This document shows, in pieces, positions 12,540 to 25,361 of a DNA stretch of 64,000 nt (its first letter is position 1; each line of letters opens with the position of its first letter). Made by a program: the position numbers and the translations under genes. The notes below the pieces were generated by a model, which saw only the letters and a list, made by a program, of their open reading frames with translations, was not told the DNA's origin and made no database searches. The stretch comes from Octopus sinensis (lineage: Eukaryota), in assembly GCF_006345805.1 (NCBI RefSeq), contig NC_043004.1, positions 51,708,001 to 51,772,000 of the forward strand. The letters are read 5' to 3'.

Positions 12540-13653
12540 GTAAGTTCTCATCTTTCCTCTTCTATTTCACTGAAAGATGAATATTTTATTTAAACTCACA
12601 TGCTTGATTTAACTGAATCTTGATACACTTGGCTCAGTGAGTCACCTGAATATGGATTACTCAACTGATTCAGTGTAACCCTTTTGATACCAATCTGCTT
12701 GAGACAGACCCTGTTTCTATGATATAAATTTCCTGTTTTAAAGAGATCTAAATGAAAAATTCCTATGAAAATTTCATCCTTATTATAGGCGTAGGAGTGG
12801 CTGTGTGGTAAGTAGCTTGCTTACCAATCACATGGTTCCGGGTTCATTCCCACTGTGTGGCACCTTGGGCAACAGTCTTCTACTATAGCCTCTGACCGAC
12901 CAAAGCCTTGTGAGTGGATTTGGTAGATGGAAACTGAAAGAAGCCCATCGTATATATGTATATATATGTATATATGTAAGTGTGTGTTTGTGTTTGTCCC
13001 CCCAACATTGCTTGACAACTGATGGTGGTGTGTTTACGTCCCCGTAACTTAGCAGTTTGGCAAAAGAGACCGATAGAATAAGTACTAGGCTTACAAAGAA
13101 TAAGTCCTGGGGTCGATTTGCTCGACTAAAAGTGATGCTCTAGCATGGCCACAGTCAACTGACTGAAACAAGTAAAAGAGTAAAGAGAGTTATTTATGTT
13201 CCAAACATCAGCTTAATAATGATTTCAAATTTCAGCACAAGGCCAGCAATTCCAGGGAAGTGAGTAAGTCGATTACATCGACCTCAGTACTCAATTGCTA
13301 CTTATTTTATCAACCGCAAAAAGATGAAAGGCAAAGTTGGCCTCAGCAGCTTTTGAACACAGAATGTGAAGATGAACGAAATGCTTGGTGCAGTAAAAAT
13401 TAAACATAAAAAAAAATTTCTGTCCTTATTTGTTTGCCTGTCCTTGTTTGTCCCCTCTATGTTTAGCCCCTTGTGGGCAATAAAGAAATAAAAAACCATT
13501 ATAATAGCTATAGGAAAGGCAGAGAGAGGAGACAGAAGGTCTGTAGACCAGATTCTGGAACATGTCTATTACTGATTGAATTCCAGCCAGCTGAGTAGCC
13601 CTTCTCTGGATTTAGTCCAAGACATTTGTGTGTGCATAGTTGCAGCACTGTCC

Positions 13654-13785
13654 TGTCATCTGCATATTTCAGCACTGTGGCATTCTTTAAGTTGGCATCT
13701 ATGTCATTAACATATGCAACAAATAAAAGGGGGGCAAGAACAGATCCCTGTGGTACACCAGATGTCATCTCATAGGGTGAAGAGT
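13654..13785 (-). mobile_element. 132-bp CR1-group RT fragment
   Basis: SPYEMTSGVPQGSVLAPLLF..KYADD; 130/132 identical to 28395-28526. Confidence 0.9.
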
Positions 13786-13900
13786 CCTGTGTCTTTGGGA
13801 GTCATCCCAAGCTAGAAATATTTTGTCAGGATTATGTAAAGTGTGTTGTACAATGTCTGTGACCCTTACCATCTCTAATTGATTCTTGCTTCTTGATCAG

Positions 13901-14040
13901 GTGTCCGTCAAGCTGGCCACACTCTTCACACTGACCTTGTCTTTGACACAGTGAAGTTCCTCCCAAAAGGTGACTTAACAGCACTGAAACAGAGAGCAAA
14001 TGAGAAAATGGTCAATTTGAGATACTTCCAAGATGGATGG
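13901..14040 (+). CDS. GLDC: GLDC exon 5: GVRQAGHTLHTDLVFDTVKF..KMVNLRYFQDGW
   Basis: FDT.K and .NLR.F.DG similarity; CAG acceptor, TGG|GTATGT donor; 140 nt, phase consistent. Confidence 0.95.
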
Positions 14041-14114
14041 GTATGTTGTCATAGTAACCTCTTAACTTCACCTGGTACACCCAGCAGCACCAATTATTTT
14101 TTCTCACTTATGCT

Positions 14115-14151
<37 letters not shown>

Positions 14152-14526
14152 TTGTTACTACTTCTTTCTCACACACTTTCTCTTCAACATACACTATCTT
14201 TCACTCATGCATACACACACACTGTCTTTCACTCACACATGTACACACTCATAGCAAGACTTGCTACATCTCACTTTCTCTTTCACATACATGCACATAT
14301 GCTATCTATCTCACTCACACTTACTCACATCCTGTCTTTCTCTCTCTCACTAAGCACCCTCAGGTATCTGCCTTGTCTTTCTCTCTTCTCTCTCTCTCTC
14401 ACACTTCACATATTCTCTCTCTCTCTCTCTCTCACTCACACACATCCTGTCTCCCTTTCTCACACTAAACACCCTCATTTATCTGTCCTTCTATATCTCT
14501 CTTTCTCCCTCTCCATTCTTTTGCAG

Positions 14527-14607
14527 GTTTCTGTCTCTATGGATGAAACAGTTTCTGTGAAGGACCTCAACGACCTCCTCACCATTGTTGGATCACCTAA
14601 AACTGCT
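14527..14607 (+). CDS. GLDC: GLDC exon 6: VSVSMDETVSVKDLNDLLTIVGSPKTA
   Basis: S.DETV..KDL.DLL motif; TTGCAG acceptor, GCT|GTAAGT donor; 81 nt. Confidence 0.96.
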
Positions 14608-14759
14608 GTAAGTAAGAACTGATTTCATCTTACTTCACTTTACAACTTTAAAAAAATCCCCAACCAATATACTAGTACTGTTTTGTACTACTGGGGGTTT
14701 GAGGTGGGGCAGCTGGTATGCAGTATCTCATCAGCCTTCTTCTCTACCACCATCGCCAC

Positions 14760-15078
14760 AGTCATTAGATGATTGATAACCACCAGAACAACCCATCACA
14801 GCCAGCCCTTTTTACCACTTTGACCAGTCACGTGACTGACCACTGAAGTAACCCATCACAGCAAGCCTTCACCACCGCTGCTACCTCCAATCACACATGA
14901 TTGTCCACTAACACATCTCATCACAACAAGCCCTGTCCACCACCACCACCACTCCCACCGGTCACATGACTGACCACTAAAATAGCCCATCATAGCAAGC
15001 TCTCACTACCATCAGCACATGATTGTCCATCAGCGTATCTCATCAATGCAAGCTCTGTCCACCATCACCACCACCATC
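14760..15078. repeat. Degenerate minisatellite with units of about 60-65 bp
   Basis: Recurring CAC(A/G)TGA(C/T)TG..CA..CCATCA..CAAGC. Confidence 0.8.
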
Positions 15079-15162
15079 AACTTCTCTCTTTCTCTCTCTC
15101 TCTCACTCTCCCATAGTTTGACAGTTTGATTGATTCTAGAATGTTACCGTTTCCAATTTCAG

Positions 15163-15263
15163 GAAGAACTGTCTGGAATTATTGGTGAAAAGCCAGTTGA
15201 CAGTATTGGTCAAAGCCATTTAAAAAGGACATCTACATATCTCACACATGCTGTTTTTAACAG
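15163..15263 (+). CDS. GLDC: GLDC exon 7: EELSGIIGEKPVDSIGQSHLKRTSTYLTHAVFNR
   Basis: KRTS.(Y/F)LTH.VFN motif; TTTCAG acceptor, CAG|GTCAGT donor; 101 nt. Confidence 0.95.
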
Positions 15264-15895
15264 GTCAGTCAGTTGGTCTGGGAGAATTTGTTGTTTCTAT
15301 TATTCTTAGTTTCAAAAATAAAATCATCAGGTTTTATTCTGCAGTCAAAAAGTGTGTGTGTATTTGTGTATATATGTATGTATATGATGTATGTATGCGT
15401 GTGTGTGTGTGTGTGTGTGTGCATGTTTATGTATATATGTAGACGAAGGCAGGTGGATAAGTGGTTAAGGTATTGTGCTCAAGATCAGATGATCATGGTT
15501 TCAAATGTATTATCTGTGTGTGTTTGTGTGTGCACGCGTGCATATATATATATATATATATATTAGAAGAAATAAGGTACTCAGAAATCTGGATAGTTTT
15601 ATATATAGAGTGGACGCAAGCGCTAATATATGATTTATAAAAACATGTGACAAAAAGCACCCACTACACTCACGGAGTGGTTGGCGTTAGGAAGGGCATC
15701 CAGCCGTAGAAACACTGCCAAATCTGACTGGGCCTGATGAAGCCTTCCGGTTTCACAGACCCCAGTTGAACCGTTCAACCCATGCTAGCATGGAAAGCGG
15801 ATGCTAAATGATGATGATGATGATGATAAAACCATCCAGATTTCTGAGTACCTTATTTCTTCTAATATATAATACCTGTACATCATCTCCAAACC

Positions 15896-15998
<103 letters not shown>

Positions 15999-16558
15999 CT
16001 CCTGTCTCTTATAGGAAGCACTAGCACTTTCATACGTATACACTTGACATGAACTTCTGTCTACCAAACCCACTCACGAGGCTTTGGTCAGCTTCAGTAG
16101 AAGACATTTGCCCAAGGTGCTATGCAGTGGGACTCCAATCTTGAAACCATACATTATATATGCACAATACAGCTTAAATCTGAAGAACTGAAATAAACAT
16201 AAAGCTTCACTGAGGATTATTTAAAAACAGAATGAAAACATTCTTTCTACACTACTGATTTGTAGAAAAAGGAGGAGAAGGCGAGAGTTTCCCAACAGAC
16301 TTTTATATGATGTGTTAACTGCTTCACAAAGATGACATATTCAGCTTTCTTCTCTAATCAATAACAGTTGTGCATATGTATATGCAAACAACAGCTACCT
16401 GCAGTTTCCAACTGAATCCACTCTCAAAGCATCATTTGGCTTAGGACTATAGAAGATGCCCAAAGTTTCATGCAGTGGGACTTCTTAACATCATGACTAG
16501 AAAATGAACTTCTAAACCACACAACCATGCCTTTGCATGTATGTGTGTATAGATAATA

Positions 16559-16790
16559 TATATTTCTTTACTACTCACAAGGGGCTAAACACAGTGGGGA
16601 CAAACAAGGACAGACAAACGGATTAAGTCAATTACATCGACCCCAGTGCGTAACTGGTACTTAATTTATCGACCCCGAAAGGATGAAAGGCAAAGTCGAC
16701 CTCGACGGAATTTGAACTCAGAATGTAACGGCAGACAAAATACGGCTACACATTTCGCCCGGCGTGCTAATGTTTCTGCCAGCTCGCCGC
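16559..16790 (-). mobile_element. Full-length SINE B, alternative-tail subfamily (B2)
   Basis: 12-bp TSD GTATAGATAATA at 16547-58 and 16791-802; tail ends AGTAAAGAAATA. Confidence 0.92.
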
Positions 16791-16810
16791 GTATAGATAA
16801 TACACGCATG

Positions 16811-17364
16811 TGAGGTGCATTCCAGAAGTTTTGAGGTTTTTCAGGAGAGACATTTATTAATTTCAAAGAAGTATAAAACACTAAATTCTTTCAAAGTAGG
16901 ATCCTTCAATGTACTTGTTGTAGTGACCCAGCCACTTTGTGTAGGCCCCATGGAAGTCCTTCAAAGAGAGGGTGTCCAGGACCTATGTTACAGCCTCCTT
17001 CATCTTCTTTAATATTTTCAAAACAACTGGCCCCTGAGGTTCTTCTTCATTTTGGGGAACAACCAAAAATCACAGAGAGCAAGGTCTTGACTGTAGGGAG
17101 GATAAGGGACAGCTTTGATGCCATCTCTGTCTGGTAGTTGGTTACCAGGATGGAATTGGGACAAGTAATATTCAGTAGGCTATGACTAGCAGTATTTAGT
17201 AGGGTGTGTTCAAAGTGCTATTGCAGCTGTCTCCTTCAATCTGGAATAGAAAAACAAAGTTGGTAGGTCATCTTAGTAAGGATGTATAAAATTGCAATGA
17301 TCTACAACAGCTATAACTCTGCCTCTGCTAAAAAAGAGTCTTAAAACTTCTGGAATGTACTTTG
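16811..17364 (-). mobile_element. Decayed mariner relic
   Basis: Imperfect TIRs GTGCATTCCAGAAGTTTTGAG / CTTAAAACTTCTGGAATGTAC; minus-strand DFWLFPKMKKNLRG..KEAVT..FHGAYTKW..EGSYFE across frameshifts. Confidence 0.75.
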
Positions 17365-17472
17365 TGTGTGTCTGTGCGTGCATAAGCTCGGCTTATATTA
17401 TTATATGTTCAGGCAAAGTTGTATGATTAAGAAGTTTGTTTTCCAAACTGAAAGAAGCCCATTGTAATAGTA

Positions 17473-17515
<43 letters not shown>

Positions 17516-18399
17516 TCATCCTCTTATTGTCATGTGTTCATCATCCTTATCGTTTAGTATCTGTTTTCTATCCTGATCTGGGTTGGACAGTTTGAATAAT
17601 AGGGGAATACTCTCTTTTACTCTTTTACTTGTTTCAGTCATTTGACTGCGGCCATGCTGGAGCACCGCCTTTAGTCGAGCAAATCGACCCCGGGACTTAT
17701 TCTTTGTAAGCCCAGTACTTATTCTATCGGTCTCTTTTGCCAAACCGCTGAAAATTATTGATAGAACTGGGCTCCAGTCTATGTTGGCTTGATTTCTATT
17801 GTTGGATGCTCTTCCTAATACAAACCACTCCATAGAGTGAAGTGAGTGTCTTTGACATTCCAACAGCATGAGTGCCTTTTATGTATCACTGTTGGCTGTA
17901 AACTGGCTGTCAGTGTCGTTTGCTTCCGGTTCTTTGCGTACCCATGCCCTGACTGTATGTTGTTTTGACAAACTGTGGTTATTATCTTGTTTGGCAAAAG
18001 GCAGGAGCTGGCATCAGGAAGGGCATATGGCAGTGGAAAACACTGCCCTAACTTACTCTCATTTGAACTGTGGAAATATGGAAAGTAGACTTAAATGGTG
18101 CTGATATGTATAAGACCTATAAATTATAAAAGTCCCTAATCTGCAATAGAGGGTTTGCAACAGGAGTAGGAATCCAGTTGTAAAATTCCCCACATTAAAA
18201 TCATGTTGCCATGGAAAAAGCAGATGTTAAGCAAACAAGCAAATGAAATAAACAACATGTCTATATTAAAGGACATGGTATTGGGAAGAACATCCAGCCA
18301 TAGAAGCTATGCCAAAGCAGACATTGGAGCAAGATGCAGTCGTTGGACCCATCACATCCTATCAAATTGTCCAACTCATGCCAGTGTAGAACATGGAAA

Positions 18400-18799
18400 T
18401 CTTTATATATAAAAGAGAGGTTGTGTGCTGTCTGTCTCCTATGATTTAGATTCCTAACTACTCCCACATTTTGCGGTGCAGTTTAACCAAAACCGGGTAT
18501 CTTATAGTCGTGATTCATATCGAGCCCTTCTGGGTATTAGCGCTTGTCTACGATGAGTCTATGATTTAAAAAAAAATTTACCATCAATTTTTCCCATTTT
18601 TAATGCATTTTGGGCATATATAAGGGAAGTAACTCTCTAAAAATTTATTATTAAATCTCAGAACGTAAAAAGCTACAGTAACACCCCCTCCCCTTTTGTG
18701 GTTAGCCATATTGAGATGGCTATTATACTTTACATCTCTAAAAATGCTTATATAGTTATTTCCCTTACAAACCCGAGCAGCGCCGGGCGATACTGCTAG
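18400..18799 (+). mobile_element. Non-autonomous Helitron-like element (family H1)
   Basis: A|TC start, CCCG..CGGG hairpin 18772-87, CTAG|T end. Confidence 0.85.
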
Positions 18800-19249
18800 T
18801 TATAATATATATGAAGATATTGATGGTGACTATTTGGGTTTAATCTGTTTTTTTAAATAATAATTTCCATATTTCTTTGTTAGTCTTTTATGTTTATATT
18901 TTCTATTTCTAATAAGAAAATATGAAAATTATTGATAGAAAATATGACTTCAACATTAATCATGTCTGGAAAGCTCTTCCTTGTCTGCCTACATACACGC
19001 ACATTCTCTCTTGTTCATATATGCATTTGTTCATTTCAATCTAAAGACTCTCTCTTTAGCTACTAAGGGTTTCACAGCTATGTGGATTGATTCAGTTGTT
19101 AAGTAGAAGAGACTTCTTCCTCATTCTCTCTTGAACAAAATATATTTAAGTGAGAAGCTCAGAGTAACAACAGTGAATTATCATTTTTCATGACTGAATA
19201 AATAAACTCTACCACATGTATTAACATTCTGTGTCATCTTTACATAAAG

Positions 19250-19915
19250 CCATATGTTGGGATGCCGGGCTGTGTTTGAGTTTGATGTCTTGCAAACAAC
19301 TTGCACATGCAAGTGCTACCAGTTAAAAGCTCCATATACCGGAAGCTAGCAAGTGTATGGGGTCATCAGGAGAGAATGCGCGCCATTTTGGGGCCTACCT
19401 CTCGACGGCATCAATGCACACCGGGCCCCCCTCACTGATATGAGGCCCCGCTTGCTAGATCAGCTGGTTATGAAGAACTCAATATACTTCTAGCCATCGC
19501 TCATCGTCTCTTTTTAACCAAATCCAGTGGCTAGCCTTCTCCACTCTAGATTGGATATCAGTCATGGTGGTATTGATTTTACGATGAGTTAGGCCTAGCA
19601 ATAACAACAGTCGTCTCACGCTGTGTCCTACAAACCCTCTACATCCGACTTCGATCGGAAAATGTTCCGCTTTCCAGCCTGCGTCTTCACATTCCTCGAG
19701 GAGATTTTCATAACGGTTCAATTTTCGAGCCCGAGCAGCGTCCATATTATCTTCATGAGGAACCGTTAGCTCGACTATATTTACAACTTTCTTTCTTTCA
19801 CGCCACATCAAAATATCTGGTTTTTTCGAAACTGGGATGGGAAAGAAAACCTGGCACCCAGGTAAATCTGCAGTTACCTCTCAATAGCCGTTCCACTTTT
19901 CATTTTTCTCAGGAA
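19250..19915 (-). mobile_element. 3' fragment of an RLE-type non-LTR retrotransposon (R2 group, Hero/NeSL-like)
   Basis: KPDILMW..KKVVNIVELTVPHEDN...RKLNRY..L...GW....PIEVGCRGF = PD-(D/E)xK restriction-like endonuclease; clade assignment from recall. Confidence 0.85.
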
Positions 19916-19928
19916 GTTTCTTGTTTGA

Positions 19929-20303
<375 letters not shown>

Positions 20304-20912
20304 TAAATTCTCCTTACAGTCATTGTAAGTGAAAAACACAAAACACACCAGGATGAGCTATGAATGACATCATTGGAATGTAGAACATGTGTCTCTACTT
20401 CTTCTGCTACATGGATTCAGTGTCTGTTGCTGATGAAGCTCAATGATACAGAAATTTGTCTTACAATCCCTCGTCATCATAGTCCACCTCAGTGTGTTTC
20501 TTACACACATTATTCTATGAGGAGAATTTCTCTCTCAAGACAGTATCTGCTTTGAAGGTCTTTCTACATTTGAGTGTACACAATCTTGCTTACTGGCACT
20601 CTGATGGTTACAAAGATAAGGATTCCAGTTGATATGATTAGTGAAACAGCCTGCTAATGAAATTAATGCGCAAATGGCTGAGCACTTCACAGACATGCAT
20701 ACCCCTAACATAGTTCATGGGGTGATTCAGCATGACATAGAAGAAGAAATGTGTGGCCAAATAGATAAGGTTATGCAACCATCAAATATTGTCACTTTAC
20801 AACATTATAGACCTGTTCAACGCTTACCAGCATTCCAGAAGATAACCAAAGTGATCTATGACCTTACTAATTAATAAGGATGTTAATTATTTGCTGTATA
20901 TTCTCCTTACAG

Positions 20913-21055
20913 CCATGTTCCTGGAATGAATTCGCATCTATGCATCCATTTGCACCCAAGGAACAAGCTGAAGGTTACATAGAGATGTTCAAAAGCCTCG
21001 AGAAAGATCTCTGTGAGATTACAGGCTTTGACAAAATCTCTTTCCAACCGAATAG
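20913..21055 (+). CDS. GLDC: GLDC exon 9: [38 protein letters not shown]
   Basis: HPF.P..QA.GY and LCEITG.D..S.QPNS; CAG acceptor, AG|GTAAGT donor; 143 nt. Confidence 0.98.
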
Positions 21056-23117
21056 GTAAGTTTTACAGCCACTTTTATGTTGTTCTCTGCTATTGTCTTG
21101 ATCCAGGATATCTCTGACCCAACAGCAATACTCTGTTTAACCCTTTAGCATTCACATTATTCTGTCAAAAGTAATGCTTAGGGGCAGACCCAGGAAGAAA
21201 TGGTATAAAGTGATGAGAAAGGATCTACAAGCTTTGGGACTCACAGAGGGGATGACAGGGGACTGAGATTCCTGATGGTTTGCCATGTTTGAAAAGACAC
21301 ACCAAGCTAAGTAAAAGTATGGTTGCCCTTGTGTCCAGGCCCGTCCCTTGCAACCCTGTCCAGCTGAGCATCCCTGATCTTGTGGGCTCATAATTGCTGG
21401 TGCCATGTAAAAAGCACCCATACTGGTGCTGGGTAAAAACATGCAGTGCACTCTGTAAAGTGGTTGGCATTAGGAAGAGCATCCAGCCATAGAAACCATG
21501 TCAAAACAGACATGGAGTCTGAACAGCCCTTCAGCTGGTCAGCTTCTGTCAAACCAGCCAACCCATGCCAACATGGAAAACAAACGTTAAATGATGATGA
21601 TGATTGTTTTGAATTAATAATGCATTATCTTGTAGCTTTGAGATTTCGAAGATGAGATTGTTTATTTTTAGAATGACATTGTTGGGTTGGTGTGAGAGGC
21701 CACATCTGGCCAGTTTGAACAAAACAGGTAGAATATTTTGGCCGATATGGCCAGTTAAAATGCTAAATAGTTAAAAATATTCCAGTTGCTACAATCTCAA
21801 TTTCTATTTAGACATAGCATATCAAGGACTCTATCATCTGATGTATCCTTCTATGTTAAACTCTGGGTCAGTTCTGGCCCAAAAGACCTTCAAACCTTTA
21901 GCATTTAAACCAGTTGTATCTGGCCCAAATATTCTGTTTGTTTTATGTCCAAACCAGCTAGACTCAGCTTCTCAAAACTACCCTACAATGTCATACTAAA
22001 AAGAAACAATCTTATTGTTGAAATCTCAAAGCTGTAAGACAATGCATAATTAATTCAAAACAGTGGATAAATAAGCATTACATTTGACAGAGTAATCTAA
22101 ATACTGAAGAGTTAAGGGTTAATACTATAAAATATTAAATAAAATCTTTTAGAAGTTTTTATTGCAATAAAATCTCTCTGTGTATAATAATTATGTTCCC
22201 TTCTTACGTCATACTGCTCTAACTAACCATTGGCTAGCCTCGTCATCCTAATTATCATAATGATAATTCTTTCTAATTTTGGCACAAAGCCAGCAGTTTT
22301 GAAGGTAGTAGGGAAAAGTCAATTACATGAACCCCAATATTTGATTCGTACTTTATTTTATTGACCCCAAAAGGATGAAAGACAAAGTTGGCCTCAACAG
22401 TGTTTGAGCTCAGAGCCAGCAGAAATGCCACTAAGCACTTTGCCTGTGGTTCTGCCGACCCACTGCCTTAATAATAATAATAATAATTGTAATAATAATA
22501 GGCACAAGGCCTGAAATTTTCAGGAGAGGGATAGTCAATTATATCGACCCCAGTACTCAACTGGTACTTAATTTATCAACCCCAAAAGGACGAAAGGCAA
22601 AGTTGATCTTGGCAGAATTTGAACTCAGAATGTAAAAATGTACAAAATATTGCTAAGCAATTTCACCTGGCATGCTAATGATTCTGCCAGCTCTCACTGC
22701 CTTAGCAACAACAACACCCACTTCTCCATGCTTTCATGGTCCAGACAGAATCCATTGAGGTTGACTTTTTACAGCTGGATGCCCTTCCTGTCACCTGCCC
22801 TCACCTATTTCCAAGCAAGGTCATAACTGTCTATGACTAGACATGTCACTATGGAAAAACTGGAAAGAAAAGCCATTTACAGCTGCCATATGATATCAAG
22901 ACAAGGATGACACACACACACGCACATACAATGGGCTTCTTTCAATTTCTGTCTACCAAATACATTTACGAGGCTTTGGTCAACCTGGAGTTACAGTAGA
23001 AGACAATTAACCCAATGTGCCATTCAGTGAGACCGAACTCAAAACCATATAATTTTGAAGTGAACTTCTTAGTGATACAGCCATCAACTTACATATTTTA
23101 AACTTATTATGTTTCAG

Positions 23118-23193
23118 TGGTGCTCAGGGTGAATATGCAGGACTGTGCACCATCATGGCCTACCTCAGTGACCATGGTGAAACAGAGAGAAAT
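23118..23193 (+). CDS. GLDC: GLDC exon 10: GAQGEYAGLCTIMAYLSDHGETERN
   Basis: SGAQGEYAGL motif; TTTCAG acceptor, AAT|GTGAGT donor; 76 nt. Confidence 0.98.
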
Positions 23194-23289
23194 GTGAGTA
23201 TCTTACAATTTGTCCATTCTGCTTAGAGTGAATGGTGCAGCTGGTTTAGGTATGGACCACATCCGACACATGAAGCTCAGCTTTTAATG

Positions 23290-23519
23290 GCTCAGTCCAC
23301 CTAGCTGTAAATAGGTAATATGTGGAACTACAGTCTACGAAGTTGTACAGTGATATGATGTGGAGTTACAGTCCATCTAGCTGTTGATAGCTACCATATG
23401 GAATCATAGTCCTCCTAGCTGTAAATACATACTGTGTGAGAGTACCATCTGATACAATGTGGATATACAGTCTACCTAGATGTAAATAGATACCATTTTA
23501 GGGTACAGGCCACCTAGAT
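23290..23519. repeat. Degenerate minisatellite of about 40 bp (continues at 24995-25175)
   Basis: Recurring TACAGTCCACCTAGCTGTAAATAGGTACCATGTGG. Confidence 0.8.
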
Positions 23520-23599
23520 CATTGGTTCTCAACTGGGGTTTATATGGTCCTTAGTATATGTAAGATTTTGTAGTTAAAATTTATGTATTATTATGGCCA

Positions 23600-23890
23600 G
23601 GTTCCAACCCGGGCCACAATAACTAAGTCTACCCACCATACTTCTCAATCCATCATCATTGCTTTGAAGTCCTGGATATATTTCAGGCCAGTGTCTGTTA
23701 ATTAAGTTGTTGATGTAAGTGTAACAATGTTTTTCTCTTTGTACATCACCATGAAGTGGGTTCCACAAGACTACTTTGGATGCTTCCAGTTCTGGGTGGT
23801 GCACACAGTGACCAGATAGTTTCAGCTGTCTTTGCCTGATCTTCTCACTAACTTTCAGCTGGTCTCCATAAAGCCATTCATTTGTCATAT
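23600..23890 (-). mobile_element. Decayed RTE-type LINE 3' fragment
   Basis: LYG...VSEKIRQRQLKLSGHCVHHPE.EASKVVLWNP.HG, typical RTE post-RT segment. Confidence 0.7.
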
Positions 23891-24209
23891 GTTGCTGCTA
23901 TTTCACATTTAGGTGGCAAATAGGGGAAAGGCCTTTGGATATGAAGGTTAGCTGTGAATATAAAAATAAACAGTCCTAGACCAAACATAATTAGACAAAT
24001 AAACCTCAATTATAAAAAAAAACCAGCCTTGAATTGCAGGGGGTTGATTTGCAGTGGATACAAACTTCAACAAATTGATTCACTGGATTCACACAATTTC
24101 TGCCTCACTGAAGGAGATCCTGTCTCTATTAATGAGGAAATGCAATCTACAAGGATGAGTGAGTGATTCCTGTCAATATTAAGCCAAAAGGCCAAAATGT
24201 TAAAATTTA

Positions 24210-24633
24210 TCTGTATATATAAAAGGCAGGATGTGTCCGTGTGCGTACGTGAATGTAATTTATGCACGTCCACAAATTAGCACCCATGTTGCTCCAATTT
24301 TAGGAGGACATTCATCATGACCCTAGCTGTATTTTCGTCAACTTATTTTTACCAGAGGCACCAGTGAATAGCAGTAAAAATTAATTTTCAACCAAAACTT
24401 TTAACAATTTCCAAGTCGGACAAAGCACCATTGTTTGCAAACAGGAGTTAAGTCCCCTTCTAGTAATGAGTAAGTTTTTTTGTTAAGACTTTTGTTGTTT
24501 GTTTTTCCATCGAGGAAAAAAGTGTTTTGATATACAGGCAACACACACACACACGAACATCTGTGCGTACAAAAAACATGTATGCAATAGGTTTACGTAC
24601 GTACATGTGTGTTTGTGTGTGTGTGTGTGTTGC

Positions 24634-24677
<44 letters not shown>

Positions 24678-24801
24678 AACCAATATCAATGGATTTCATC
24701 CAAATTTAACATCGATGTTACTTAGTTTGGTTTGAAATAAATAACTTGATTAGCTTAATAATCCTAACTTAATCCCAGGCAAAGCTGGGTTATACTGCTA
24801 G
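24210..24801 (+). mobile_element. Helitron-like element (second family)
   Basis: A|TCTGTATATATAAAA start; CCCAG..CTGGG hairpin; CTAG|T end. Confidence 0.8.
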
Positions 24802-25235
24802 TGTGCAGTAAACTGGTTATGTTTCTACAATGCACAAAATATTTAATCACTTTTTTTTTATACAATTTGTAATAACATTTAGTTATATATGTGCAATAGG
24901 ATTTTTTTTTAAGCATTGAATGGTTATGAAGGTCCTTCCAAGTAAAATAGGAATCAAAGGGGATCCATAGGCAAAATATAGTTGAGAACCACTGACCTAG
25001 GTGGATGAACAGTGCACCTGACTGTAATAGGTACCATGTGGATGTAAAATCCACTTAGCTGAAATAAGTACCACTTGAGGTACTGTTTATATGTATCATG
25101 TGAATATACAGACTACCTGGCTGTAAATATGTGCCATGCAATTTAGCTAGCTGTAAGTTGGTACCATGTGAAATTGAAATTGTTTGTTGTTGTTAAGTGG
25201 TATAAAATATTATTATTGTATTCCTCTTCTTCAAG

Positions 25236-25361
25236 GTATGTCTAATCCCTATCTCAGCCCATGGAACCAATCCTGCCAGTGCACAGATGGCAGGCATGAA
25301 AATTCAAGTCATCCGAGTTGCAGCAGATGGAGCAATTGACAAGGAACACCTCATAGAAATG
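25236..25361 (+). CDS. GLDC: GLDC exon 11: [42 protein letters not shown]
   Basis: [18 protein letters not shown] motif; AAG acceptor, ATG|GTAAAC donor; 126 nt. Confidence 0.98.

Larger units (their letters stand above)
23520..24994. mobile_element. hAT-type element carrying nested RTE and Helitron-like insertions
   Basis: CA(T/G)TGGTTCTCAAC termini; 8-bp TSD ACCTAGAT / ACCTAGGT (7/8). Confidence 0.7.
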
